The position numbers were made by a program, and so were the translations under genes. Of a stretch of DNA of 64,000 bases, positions 50,079-62,157 are shown piece after piece. How positions within the stretch are numbered: position 1 is the stretch's first letter; each line of letters begins with the position of its first letter. Under the pieces are notes generated by a model, which was given only the letters and a program-made list of their open reading frames with translations, had not been told where the DNA came from and searched no databases. Origin of the DNA: Elsinoe ampelina (lineage: Eukaryota); the NCBI GenBank assembly GCA_010093995.1, contig ML992502.1:2550728-2614727 (forward strand). The letters run 5' to 3'.

Positions 50079-50985
50079 CTATTCCCATTCGGTACCCTTG
50101 AGCCTTTGCATCAAATATTCCACCTCAACTTCTTTGGTCAAAGGGATCACATGATCCTACAGTCTGTCAGTAAGAGCACGTGTAGTACAAGAATGGTCCC
50201 ACCTTGTACATCGCGACCACGGCTTCCGAGTTGATCTTCCCTTGCTCCTCCTGCGGTCCCAGACTTGGATCTGTACCGTAGGTCTTTGCTTTCAGGCCCA
50301 GTCTCTCCAATACCTTCTTCTCGACCTTGGCATCCGTGATGGCCTCGTCGATACCTTTGCGGTCTTCAGCCTTGATGAGCTTCACGAAGCGATCGGTTTC
50401 CTTCCTGAACTTGGACTCTGCCACGAATTTGCCAAAGTGTATTCTTCGTGACAAGGCCTGCAGACAGGTGACATCGCATGTCGCAGCAGAACCATAGTTC
50501 TCTTGAGCCTCGCCACGCTCAGCTCGGCCGAATTGAACGCATGCATTGGGTAAGATATCGGAGATGTAAGACTGCTTGAGCTTCTGGTTCACGTTGACGT
50601 TGTTGGGATGTAAGATGCTTGGATACTCGAGGGGTGGTAAGATGGGTTCCTGAAGGAGATCTGGGAAGAATGGGTATTCATCTGGTGATTGGTAGCGGCG
50701 GACCAGAGACTGGAGTTTCTCTTGTTCTGACAAGAACCAGTCGGACAGTGACAGATCACTACCTGGGATCGCCACTCCACCCGGTTTGTAGATGGTTGCG
50801 TTGAGAGGAAACTGTACCCTTTCGATCAAGTTGAATGTGATTGTGTCTTCGAGGCGACTGTGCGAATGTTAGCATTCGTTTCTGCAGTGCAAAGGCCGAA
50901 GTCGGAGGCTTTACATGAGAGTTGATCGGATATTTGCAAGATCCAATGCTTTCAGGGGATCAGCCAGATCAATGGCCGAATCCAT
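50079..50985 (-). CDS. ARO7: Chorismate mutase (eukaryotic AroQ type); exons 50985-50915, 50857-50203, 50156-50079
   Basis: [59 protein letters not shown] and [17 protein letters not shown]. Two canonical introns. Confidence 0.96.
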
Positions 50986-51279
50986 GATCAGAACAGCTCA
51001 GAATCCAGTCGCTATTTATTTTGTTAGTCTCTGTGAGATTATAGCGAACGCGGCAATTTGCAGGCAGTGCAGCAGAGCAGATGGCAGTGATGGGAGGAGT
51101 GACAAGCCGAGTCAGGATTGAAGCTTTTTGAGACATCCCCAAACTTCGACCTCACACGACCAGAGCTCTATCACATGTCACGCCCAAAATGGCCTCCATC
51201 CGGACGGCAATCCTGCTAATAAATTCGCGACGATCATAACAACGACGATCCTGCCTCTTCGCTAGCCTTTACCACCAAC
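50986..51279. promoter_or_regulatory. Short divergent, probably bidirectional, promoter between ARO7 and MDV1
   Basis: Head-to-head start codons only 294 bp apart. Confidence 0.6.
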
Positions 51280-53495
51280 ATGTCTATTCCTCGAGGTCGA
51301 AGTCCGTTTCGGCAGCGCCCTCCCATCTCCAACAGCGATCACGATGACGAGGATGCGTCCTATCTCTCAGTACGACATCTGCATATAGGCAAGATCATGT
51401 GGTACTGACATCCCTTAGAGCAGACAAATTGAGGCTTTTGGAAGGACACTCAACGCGACAGCCAGTCAGCTCATCGGAGGAGATGCGAGCCAACACTATC
51501 AGCACGCGCTTGGGGAGATACATCGCGAGCTCAGGAAGCCGATTATGCAGCGATCAGTCTTCGCTTTGGCCAAAACGAATCCCCGCGAATTGATGCGCTC
51601 GACCTTCAGTACCTCAGAGATACAACACCGAGCTCTCTCTCATTTATCTGACGACCTGCTATCGAACATACCCGACACTCGGAATTCATTCAGCTTGTTC
51701 CAAGGCTTCGAAGCGACGAGACCTGAAGATGATCACAAAAAGAAGAAGAAGCATGGACGACATGGATCGAAAGGGCAGAAGCTTTTGGAGGAAGGTAAAG
51801 GGTCGAAGAAGAGTCAATCAGGACTCACACGGCTGGAGGGAAAGAAGGAGACGCTCGACCATCGGCTGGAAATGATGGAGATACGGAAGAATATGTGCGC
51901 CTCTGAGATCGTTGAGATCGACAAGAAGATTGGGAATCTCGCGGCCATGCGGAGAAAGGTGGTTGACAGACTGGCCTCGCTCGAGCTGGAAGAGACGGAT
52001 CTGGAGCAAGAGTTAGCCGAGACTGCAGCAAAGCTGGAAGATATGCGGGAGGAGATGGCTACGGCCAATGCAATGGCAGACAAGACGCCTCCCGGATCGG
52101 TCACTGGCGGGGCAGACACGCTTGACGCCCAGGACACAAAGCCAGACGAGTCACTTTCCGCGGAGGATACTGATTTCATGTCACAGTCTATCTATCAGCA
52201 GATCCCGACACCAAAGCGGAAACGAAAGGTTCCCAGGCGTGTATCGATGCCTATACTTCACGAACATCTGGAACCGGGTTCTCGAATCAAGGAGTTTCAG
52301 GCCCACACAGACATGATCACTGCCCTAGATTTTGATGTGCCTTTCGGCACCATGGTATCAGCAGCCTTGGATGATACTCTACGAGTCTGGAATCTGAATA
52401 CTGGCCGCTGTATAGGACTATTAGAAGGCCACTTGTCTTCGGTCCGCTGTGTTCAGGTCGAGGACAATATCGTTGCGTCCGGCTCGAATGATGCCACAGT
52501 CAGATTATGGGATCTATCGCAAGCCGACTACGTTCCTACGCCTACCAAGTCTTCCATCTCAAAGGCCGCAGATTCTGAGGCCTCGGAAGCGGAATCAGAC
52601 AACGAGCTCTTTCCCGATGCTGACCTCCCGTCAGAGCCGACACCATCCGCACCCTCGGCGTCAGCCATGTCCGACTGTCCCCTCTTTACACTCTCCTCTC
52701 ACGTCGCCGAAGTCACAGCTCTCCATTTCCAGAACCAAACACTCGTCTCGGGCTCATCAGACAAGACCCTGCGACAATGGGATCTCAACACCGGTCGATG
52801 CGTCCAAACGCTCGATGTACTCTGGGCTGCAGCCCAAGCGTCAAGTACATCCGTCTCTTCAACGCCCTTCTCCAGCGCCTTCCCCTCCCCATCACCATCC
52901 TTATCCAACAACAACGACTGGTTCCGCCCTTCAGTACAGCGGACACAGACCGCTTCAGCAGTAGAGGCAGACTTTGTGGGTGCCCTCCAAATCTTCCAGT
53001 CTGCTGTGGCGTGTGGAACAGCCGACAGCGTCATCCGGCTCTGGGACTTGCGGTCTGGTGGCGTCCAGCGGCAGCTCATCGGCCACACTGGAGCGGTGAC
53101 ATGCCTACAATTCGACGACGTGCATCTCGTGACGGGAAGTCGGGATCGAAGCGTTCGGGTAAGTTTGTCCTTGTCCCCAGACTATACGGATACATTCTTC
53201 CAAAGAAAATTACTGACAAGCACAGATCTGGGACCTCCGCACTGGCAGCATCTACGACGCTTTCGCTTACGACCAGCCCGTGACGAGCATGCAATTCGAT
53301 ATGCGCCGGATCTGCGCCGCTGCGGGGGAGAATACGGTCAAGGTGTACGACAAGGGAGATGGGAACCAGTGGTCTTGTGGAGCTGGAGCTCAGGAGGACG
53401 GTGAGAACGCGAGCGTGGTAGAGAGAGTGAGCATTCGGGATGGGTATATGGTTGAGGGTAGGAGGGATGGGATGGTTGGGGTTTGGGCTTGTTGA
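51280..53495 (+). CDS. MDV1: Mitochondrial division protein Mdv1/Caf4 (coiled coil plus WD40); exons 51280-51369, 51419-53158, 53226-53495
   Basis: SFSLFQGF Fis1-binding region, coiled coil, [39 protein letters not shown] and [14 protein letters not shown]. Canonical introns. Confidence 0.93.
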
Positions 53496-54510
53496 TATGG
53501 TTGGATTTGAATGTAATGATTATGGAAAGACGCACAATACATGAGATGGGTGCTGCTGGTTCCGGCTGGAGACGTCTGATGCGTTTCAAGAGGATCCGAG
53601 AGATGTTCACGCTCACAGTCACTGGTCAGGGTCAGGGTCATGCTGCGAGGGAACGAAGCCAGCCTACGCTCGCGAGATGTTGCAACCATAGAAAGGCACC
53701 TCTTCACTCAGAAGTACGTGGATCGCTTTCGTCCGAATGTCCTGCCCCCTCCACATGGCATTTCCCATGCGAGCTATACCCGAAGCCCGGAAATCCAGAC
53801 CGTCAATTCTCAGCTCCCGATTGGTCAATCCATGCGGCGGAACGGAAGTCAAAAAGCCAAACAAACACGACGTCAGCCCGCTAAGTTACCCCACCTCATC
53901 TACTGTCAATCCGGTCTCGAAACATGCAAAACACCCTGCAGCTCACAGCTCACCAGAGCTCCTCTTCCTTGTCTCTGCCCGCCAGCCGTGCGTGCGGAAC
54001 CAATGGCGCGGCACAGCTCGCTCTACTTCTCCCGTCTCGCACTCCTTCTACCCATCCCGGCTCGCCGACCATTCCCGAGCTGTCATGACGATGCCTTTTA
54101 GAGCTCTGTAGACCCAAGTACGGAAGGAGAGCTCTCCCCAGGTCACTCTCCCCGCCGCGCCGGTCTTGATCCTCCATCGCTCCGACCGGGCCCTCGGCGA
54201 AGGGGCCACCGGACGACGTTAGTGGTGCTACCCTGGCATTCGTAGCTGCAGCTGGTCGACCCCGGGACGTGCCGTCGTGGTATAGTAGAGGAGCAAGATA
54301 CCCCTCAGTGGGGTGCGAAGCCGGGGTAAGTGAGAGCTAGAAAGTGAGGGGCATAAGAATCCATCGTCATCTCTTGACTTCTCCCTCAACCATCTCATCC
54401 CACCTGACCAGTTTCTACTTCTGCATCTATCCAAATCACATACCCACCTACCCACCATCTCAAGCCCAACCCCCTCCTTCCCAGAACCACCACCCCAACC
54501 AACCACAACC

Positions 54511-55625
54511 ATGGCCCCCTCCATCCCCAAAGAACAATGGGCCCAAGTCATCGAAAAAACCGGCGGTCCAGTCCAATACAAACAAATCCCCGTCGCTTCC
54601 CCAGGGCCCGACGAAGTCCTCGTCAACATCAAATACTCGGGGGTATGCCACACGGACCTGCACGCCGTGAACGGGGACTGGCCTCTCCCCACCAAACTGC
54701 CCCTGGTGGGCGGCCACGAAGGCGCCGGCGTGGTCGTCTCCCGCGGCGACCTCGTCCAGGACGTCGAGGTGGGCGACCACGTGGGCGTCAAGTGGATCAA
54801 CGGATCATGCCTCGCTTGCTCGTTCTGCCAGCAGTCGGACGAGCCGCTTTGTGCCAAGGCCCTGTTGTCGGGGTACACGGTCGACGGCACGTTCCAGCAG
54901 TACTGCATCGCCAAAGCGGCGCACGTGGCGCGGTTGCACAAGGATATCCCCCTCGACGAGGTGGCGCCGGTCTTGTGCGCGGGTATCACGGTGTACAAGG
55001 GGCTGAAAGAGTCCGGGGCCAAGCCCGGGGAGACGGTGGCGATTGTGGGTGCCGGAGGCGGGTTGGGGGCGTTGGCGCAGCAGTACGCCAAGGCCATGGG
55101 GTTGAGGTGTATCGCGATTGACACGGGGGATGAGAAGAGGAAGATGTGTACAGAGACGTTGGGGAGTGATGCGTTTGTTGATTTTGCGACGAGTAAGAAT
55201 GTGGTCAAGGATGTGCAGGGGGCGACGGAGGATGGGTTGGGGCCCCATGCGGTGATACTGGTGGCCGTGAATGAGAAGCCGTTTCAGCAGGCTGCCGAGG
55301 TTTGTCTTTTCCTGTGGTCTTCGCGGGGCCTTGTTGCTGATGCTGTTTACAGTATGTTCGTCCCCGCGGCACGGTCGTCTGTATCGGTCTGCCAGCGGGT
55401 GCTTACCTCAAGGCTCCTGTCTTCGAGTCCGTCATTCGCATGGTGACTATCAAGGGCTCGTACGTCGGCAACAGACGCGATACCGCCGAGGCATTGGAGT
55501 TCTTCCGTAGGGGCGTCATCAAGTGTCCGTTCAAGACGGTGGGTTTGAGTGAGTTGCAGAAGGTGTATGACCTTATGCACGAGGGCAAGATCGCTGGGAG
55601 GTATGTGTTGGACACCTCGAAGTAG
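54511..55625 (+). CDS. ADH1: Zinc alcohol dehydrogenase (ADH1-type); exons 54511-55299 and 55353-55625
   Basis: [18 protein letters not shown], four-Cys structural Zn site, [28 protein letters not shown] and GRYVLDTSK. Confidence 0.95.
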
Positions 55626-56684
55626 ATGACACCAAGGAGAAATGGAGGGGTATATCAGTCTGTAGGAGATGCAGACCGTGGAAAAGTGAGGGCGGTAGCG
55701 GTGCTTGTTCGGAGTCAGGATGTATGAAAATCTTTCTTGCTCGTTACCGTCACCATACCTCTTGTCTACTTACCCTTATATTGTGGAGATGATGCTGACT
55801 GTGATTTTGCGGGAGAGAATACTGTAATCTCACCTAGAGTATCTGAGCATGCAGAACCCTGCCCCCAATGCTGAATCGAGAGGCGTTCATACCACTTCCT
55901 AGCTAGCACGCCAGCACAGTCATACTGCCGCCTGCAATAGGTGCTCTGCCGCCTTTGTCAGCGGGCTCTACTCAACCCAGCGATAGGAATCGAGTGCAAA
56001 GAAGTGTCTCAGCAGCGTCACCCGATATCCAGTCCCACCACCTCCGTCATGTCTCGGATCTCCCCGCTTGTCCAACGACTTCACCTCCTCGTTCTTGGTC
56101 GTTGTACCCGTGGCTAACGATGCAGCCGGTGAAGACGTTCGATAAGGCTGCTTCAGATGTCTAAGAGGTGAAAGAGGCTGCAAGTCCTCAGTGGAGGTGG
56201 TGTTTCTTCCCGCACCCGTGCTGGCCATCAGGGTTGGCCCTCCTCTTACCCTCGCCGTCTCTGTACTCTGCAGCGTTGAAAGGCCTGTCCATTTGTGAAC
56301 CCGCTGATCGTAGTCACCATCACGGCCATCATGTACAAGGTAAGGCGTTGAAGTATCAAAAATCTCTTCATGAATCAAGCTATGCTACGCCTCTAACCCA
56401 GCGCCTTGCTCCCCGCTATCCCCATGTCCCGGAATATGATCTCAAGTGCTTGACCCCGCCCTCGCCTGACCCCTTCAAGCCAGCCCAAAGAGCTCAAGCA
56501 AGGCCTAAAAGGTCGAATAAACATTTGCGCTTAGCTTGTTGGTTGTGTTGTTAAAGTTCCCTATTTTTTGTTCATCGAAGTGGGTTGATAAGTGGTAACG
56601 ATCGATGCGTCGGGATATAGACCGATCCCGCTGCTTATGCTTGTGCTTCGAATCTCTTCATTGCTCCTCCTCCTCCTAGATGAT

Positions 56685-58547
56685 TTAGGAGATGATGTCG
56701 GCGGCCTTCTCGGCCATGGCGTAGACAGTGCTCATGATGTGGGTGGCGGGCATGATGGGCATGGTCGAGGCATCGACGACGCGGAGGTTGTTGACACCGT
56801 AGACCTTGAGGTTGGTATCAACGCAGCCACCGAGGGATTGGGCGCCGATGTGGCAGGATCCGACCGGGTGCCAAACAGTGCCGGCACCGTTCTTGATGTA
56901 CTCGGTGATGGCGGCGTCATCGGCGGCGGCGGCACCTGGCACGTACTCAACCGGGCTGAGAGGCTTCATGGCGTTGGTGGCCATGAAGCGGCGGATGTAC
57001 TTGACGGTCTCGACCATGAGCTGCATGTCGACGGGGTTCTTCAAGTGAGCGGCGTCAGCGAGAGGAGTATCGAAGGGGTTGGCAGAGGCGAGCTTGACGG
57101 TACCGCGGGAGGCAGGGTGCTGGAGAGCGGCGAGGACGACACCATCGGCCCAGATGATCTCCATGACGGCCTCTTGGGAGCTCAAGAAGCCCTTGGCGAG
57201 AAGACCCTTCTGGATTGCGTAGCCAGCGCGGACGGAGGCAGGGGCGGATGCATCGAGGTAGGTGTCAGGCGACTGAGTAGCGAGGGAGAGGGCCATCTTG
57301 GTCCAGTTGCCAGGAGAGATGAGCTGAGCGGAAAGGAAGGCAAGGTAATCGGCAGTGGCAGTGCTGTATGGGCCGGTACCCTTGGCGCGCCACTCAGCGA
57401 GAGCCTGGGCGGAGAAGGTCGGGTCGGACAGCTTGTTAGTGGTGAGCTCAGCAGTGATGCCGAAGACAACGGGGAGAAGGACGTGATCCTGGAGATTCTG
57501 GCCGACAGCGGTGTTTGCAGCAACGACGGGGATGTTGAACTTCTTGAGCTCGGCTGGGTCACCAATACCGGAGAGCTTCAGGATGTGAGGAGTGCGGATT
57601 GCACCAGCGGCCATGATGACCTCCTTCTTGGCGAGGATGGTCTGGCGAGGAGCGTCAGGGCCGGCAGCGATCTCAACGCCGGTAATGGTGTTGCCCTTGG
57701 AGGTAAGCTTGGTGACACGTGTACCGGTGAGCAGCTTGTAGTTGCTGCGACCAGCGGCCTTGTCGTGGTAGGCAGTGCGGGCCGAGTCACGAGTAGCATC
57801 CTTGGGGTTCTGGCAATGGGTGATGGCGTAGACACCAACGGCGTCACCTCCAGCAGCATCTGCAGGGGTCTTTGCACCAAGCTCGCGATGACCGAGGATG
57901 TAGTTCTTGAGTGTCGGCCAGACGTACGGGGAGTGACTGTTCTGGATTGGGCCACCAGTTCCGTGGTAGGCCTGGTTGTAGGTGATGTTGTAGTCCTTGG
58001 CTACATCGGCGTTGGGAGGGGTGTAGTTCTCCGACTTCTTGAAGAAGGGAAAAAGGCCGTTCCAGTCCCAGCCCGAGGCACCGACAAGAGGCCAGCGGTT
58101 GTAATCAGCGGATGAGCCACGGTCCATCAGCAGACGGTTGAGGAGGGTACCACCACCGACACCGAGACCCTGTGCGACTGGGACGGCGCGGTTGTTGAGG
58201 GCGGCGTTGGGTACATAGGAGATGTTCCAATCGTATTTTGTGCCAGTACCAGTACCAGCAAGACCGGGGACCATGATGTAGTCTTCCTTTTGGTCGAGCT
58301 GACCGGCTTCGATGACGAGGACGTTGATGTTCTTGTCCTCGGAGAGGCGGTTAGCGACGGTCAAACCGGAGGCACCACCACCGACGACAATGTAGTCGTA
58401 GGTTACGGTGGTGTCCTTCTTGGCGACATCCTTTTTGCTAAGTAGAGCGGTCTTGAGATCAGAGAAGGACTTGAAGTCAAGGGGGGAGGCGGTGGCGGTG
58501 GAGAGGAGGAGCGACACAGTCGCGGCACCAGCGAGAGTGGATCTCAT
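56685..58547 (-). CDS. Secreted GMC oxidoreductase (AA3_2, glucose oxidase/aryl-alcohol oxidase group), intronless
   Basis: Signal peptide, YDYIVVGGGASGL, GVGGGTLLN, VGQNLQDH, His/His pair (TVWHPVGSC, PATHIMST) and LRVVDAS. Confidence 0.93.
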   Translation of the reverse strand: MRSTLAGAATVSLLLSTATASPLDFKSFSDLKTALLSKKDVAKKDTTVTYDYIVVGGGASGLTVANRLSEDKNINVLVIEAGQLDQKEDYIMVPGLAGTGTGTKYDWNISYVPNAALNNRAVPVAQGLGVGGGTLLNRLLMDRGSSADYNRWPLVGASGWDWNGLFPFFKKSENYTPPNADVAKDYNITYNQAYHGTGGPIQNSHSPYVWPTLKNYILGHRELGAKTPADAAGGDAVGVYAITHCQNPKDATRDSARTAYHDKAAGRSNYKLLTGTRVTKLTSKGNTITGVEIAAGPDAPRQTILAKKEVIMAAGAIRTPHILKLSGIGDPAELKKFNIPVVAANTAVGQNLQDHVLLPVVFGITAELTTNKLSDPTFSAQALAEWRAKGTGPYSTATADYLAFLSAQLISPGNWTKMALSLATQSPDTYLDASAPASVRAGYAIQKGLLAKGFLSSQEAVMEIIWADGVVLAALQHPASRGTVKLASANPFDTPLADAAHLKNPVDMQLMVETVKYIRRFMATNAMKPLSPVEYVPGAAAADDAAITEYIKNGAGTVWHPVGSCHIGAQSLGGCVDTNLKVYGVNNLRVVDASTMPIMPATHIMSTVYAMAEKAADIIS

Positions 58548-60528
58548 GTTGAACGAAGGTGGAAGTGCAGATCTACTGACTTGAGCGATTGACTGTGGAT
58601 GAGGAGGGTGGTGAGTAGAGTTTGGGCAGCTGATGGTCAAGACTTATATCGTCTGGGAACTAGCAATGGCATTACCTTTGATTAGAGTATGACACCAATG
58701 CACGTGGGATATTGAGGACGGGTACCGTCCATCGTGCGTTAGTGCCGGTACTGTCTCAGTAGCTGAGGTGCACTTGCAAGGCCTCAACGTGGACGGACGG
58801 TGAGCTAGCGGTAACAGCTTCTTGCTGGAACTACCGCCGAACACACCAGAAGGAAAAGAGAGCAGACTTCTCCACGTGGGATGTTGAAGAGAGCGGACCG
58901 TTGTCCAACGTGTTCCAGAATGTGGATATTGAAATGGGAGGTCAATATCTGGAGGCGGATGACTTAGGGCTCGCAAAGATTGGCGAGATCTGAACAAGAA
59001 AGATGGCGGACACGGACCACACAGACCTGAGAGTGTTCAAGCTGTTACCAAATGTGTTGCGAGATGAGCCTGGACTTTACTGAAGTGGTTGCCATGCGGC
59101 GTAGTCGAAGTAATCCAGGCCCTGAAATTGCCCTGAATTTCCGGGCGAATTGATTGTGGCGCCTGCAGAAGATGAATATTCTGTGCAGTACCATACGAAA
59201 GCCATGCCCGTTCGCTACACAGACTGCAAGATAGATTGCCCTGCATGGTCAGGTAACCAATGAGGTCACAATATCGATCTTACCAGTGAATACCAACCGG
59301 GTCCGCTGTAACTTATCCGTTGGGGACGGTTTGTACTCCTTGCCGGAGACTAACAGACCTCATATCCCGACCAAGCTTCCATCTGCTGCATCTGCTGCAT
59401 CTCCTGCAACCTGCTCTTTCTCCTGCAGCGGGTGTACCAGTCTTCCCAGAACAGGATGTCGCGGCAGTTGCCCAATTGCCCCGTCCCAGCCGTCGATTGG
59501 TCTGCTGTTCATCGCCTCTGACGCGATGGCAGACGTTCCGATCAAGCCAGTTCACAGCGTTGCAAGCGTTTGCCAGGAGCTGGAACCTGGAGGGGAAAGA
59601 GCCGGAAGGCCAAGCGACTTCTATGGCAAGTGTGGTACCCTCTGCGCCCGCCCTCGAGTGCTGACTCAGCGGACACTTTTGTGTGGAGCACCTTCCCTTT
59701 TCAGCCACTCTTTCTGGTCGGGTCTCCCTCGGGTCCTCCACGCCGCAAAGACCCCGAGACATACAGCCCTGTCTAAGCCTCTAAGGTATTGCATCTTCCA
59801 ACGGGCGAATGCAATATTGTCGCTCAGCTGAGCAATCTGCAACTACTTTGTATCAAACTGTCTTCAATTCTCTGTTGACTCCCTCGGTTACTATTTACCC
59901 ACGGCTATGTAGACCTTCATACCCGAACCACTTTCCGAGGAAGTCCTGGCGAGTCTGTACCTCCCTACAGCTGTTGCGACTATCTGCCCATGAGCTGCGA
60001 GATCTGACTAGCAACGTCGAACGGTCATGCAGGATCATGGTTCCTCCATCGAGTACAGGCGCTGTCATGACCGGCTCTGTTCGAATGTCTCTTCATTATC
60101 AAATCATCGATTCGATGCCGTGAGTCCAGTAGAGGCACTTCTCTACGGCAGAAACCAAAATCACGACGACATTAGGCAGGAACCTCTTGGTACTGCATGA
60201 TTGCACAAAATCATCGCCAGGCTTTTTTCTTCACTCATGACCCCTTTGTCGTCGACTTGACAGAAGTCAAGTTCATCAGAGTCGTCCTTCCCGCGCAATG
60301 GCTTCGGCGGCCCGTGAAGATACCCGCAGCCATGACGGGAGATACACGGAGGACACTCCGGGGATGCTATCGACTCAGATTATGCACTCTCACACCATAC
60401 TCGTCTGCGATTCCAGAATATCTGCACCAAGTCCATTCTCGAATGATAAACGAAGCCAAGTATATACAGGCCGCCTCCCCTCTCCTTCACCATTCACCCT
60501 CCCCATCTCCTCTCCCACCATCACCACC

Positions 60529-62157
60529 CTACGCCGGCGCCTTCCCCAACGCACTCCCCGTCCTATCCGCAAACCCCACCCTCGGCCCCTCCCCATCAAA
60601 CACCACATAATGCTCCTTCAACAACGCATCACCATAAATCTGCACCCTCTGCCCCTGATTCGGCTGAATCCCACCAAAACACTGCCCACCCCCGATCTGC
60701 GCATACGTAACCTGATCCCCAGGGATACTAACATAATACCCCGCGTCCGCCCCCAACGCCACCCCAAAAGTCGGCAACGACGCAGAGCAAGGGTAGACAT
60801 ACCCCCCCTGACTCTCATCATAACTCGCGCCCTGCACCTGGGCATAATACGCCTGCGCCACATTCGTGTCAACAAGACACAACGACGTGCCCGTGTCCGC
60901 GATGGCCGGACTGGGGGCCGAATTGGCCACCGTTTCGCCCCCGACCTGGAACGAAGACGACGTGAACTGCCAGTAGCCCCTGCTCGTATCCACGGGGGCG
61001 TAGTGGATATCCCCCGTGTACTTCGCGTCGTCCAGCGTGCCAAACTCGTACTCGCCCTCGCCCGCCTCGTTCAGCGTGACGGTGAACAGGGGCGAGGACA
61101 GCTGATCGCGGACGTTATCGAAGAAGGTCTTCTGCTGCTTCGGGCGGACCGAGTTGGTGTTGCTGAACCCCAGCCCCAATAGCCCGTCGGTTTGCGTGTC
61201 GCGCTGGAACTGCGCCGACGCCGTGGTGGCGAGTTCGACGGCTTGCGCGGCCACGGCGGCGTTGCCGATGCTGACCGTGTCGGTGCCGACGGTGCCGCTG
61301 GCCGACGAACCGTCGCCGTATGAGATCTTGAACGTGTACCCGTCCAGCGGCTTGAAGGTGCTCGAGGAGGCTTTGTCGAAGCCTTTGCTCAGGACGGATT
61401 TGTCGAAGACCCAGAGGTCGGCGGAGCCGGTGTCGAGGTTGAGGTTGAGGGTTTGGCCGCCGACGGTGACGGGCGTGAGGTAGAAGGCGCCGTTGGAGTA
61501 GGGTGAGGTGGTGGCTTCGCCGGTTTCGCCGGAGCCGGTGGAGCCGGTGCCAGTGCCTGCAGGGGGTGCGGCGGAGGATGTGGCCGAGGGGGTGGGCTGG
61601 GCGGCGTTGCCGTTGTTGCCGCTGCCGCTGCCGGTGTCGGGGATGGTGGAGGGAGATGGCTCGGCAGGGGCGGGTTGGTCGATGCCGGAGCCAGAGTTGG
61701 AGCCGGTACCAGAGCCGGAGCCTGCTTGCGGAACAGGCGTGGCATGGGCAAAGTAGGAGGAGAGCCAGGAGCGGAAGCGGTCAGAGCCATTGGATGAACC
61801 AGAGCCGGTGCTGGAACCGAAGCCTGGGAAGCCAGAGCCGGATGACCCGCTCAAGCTGCCACGGCTGGATGAGCCGCCGAAGCTGCCCAGGCCAGAGCTG
61901 CCAGAGGAACCATCTGCACCGGTGGCGGCTGATGATGTCGATGTGCCATCCGGATTGAGGATGATGAGGTGCATGCCGTGCTTCTCGAATGCCTTCCTCA
62001 TGGCGACCTTGGGGTCACGAGTGACGTTGGCGTTTCGGAGACGCTCGACCTTGAACGAGCGCTTGTGCAGGTGATTCTCAGGTACAGGTAGGGGTGCCGG
62101 TGCGGCCAGCGCGACCGTGGCCACCGAAGCAGCGGCGACAAGTGACGTGAAATGCAT
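60529..62157 (-). CDS. Secreted A1 aspartic protease (aspergillopepsin/endothiapepsin-like) with a long Ser/Gly/Pro-rich linker
   Basis: Signal peptide, KR propeptide site, LDTGSADLW, ISYGDGS flap, IADTGTSL and IYGD. Confidence 0.93.
   Translation of the reverse strand: MHFTSLVAAASVATVALAAPAPLPVPENHLHKRSFKVERLRNANVTRDPKVAMRKAFEKHGMHLIILNPDGTSTSSAATGADGSSGSSGLGSFGGSSSRGSLSGSSGSGFPGFGSSTGSGSSNGSDRFRSWLSSYFAHATPVPQAGSGSGTGSNSGSGIDQPAPAEPSPSTIPDTGSGSGNNGNAAQPTPSATSSAAPPAGTGTGSTGSGETGEATTSPYSNGAFYLTPVTVGGQTLNLNLDTGSADLWVFDKSVLSKGFDKASSSTFKPLDGYTFKISYGDGSSASGTVGTDTVSIGNAAVAAQAVELATTASAQFQRDTQTDGLLGLGFSNTNSVRPKQQKTFFDNVRDQLSSPLFTVTLNEAGEGEYEFGTLDDAKYTGDIHYAPVDTSRGYWQFTSSSFQVGGETVANSAPSPAIADTGTSLCLVDTNVAQAYYAQVQGASYDESQGGYVYPCSASLPTFGVALGADAGYYVSIPGDQVTYAQIGGGQCFGGIQPNQGQRVQIYGDALLKEHYVVFDGEGPRVGFADRTGSALGKAPA

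Noticed and set aside
54228..55208. 326-aa minus-strand ORF
   Set aside because: Antisense shadow of ADH1.
56592..58115. 507-aa plus-strand ORF
   Set aside because: In-register antisense shadow of the codon-biased GMC gene, with no independent motifs.
60298..61182. 294-aa plus-strand ORF, and similar antisense or alternate-frame ORFs at 20517-21329, 40230-41021 and 42156-42848
   Set aside because: They overlap well-supported genes and reflect GC-rich, skewed codon usage.
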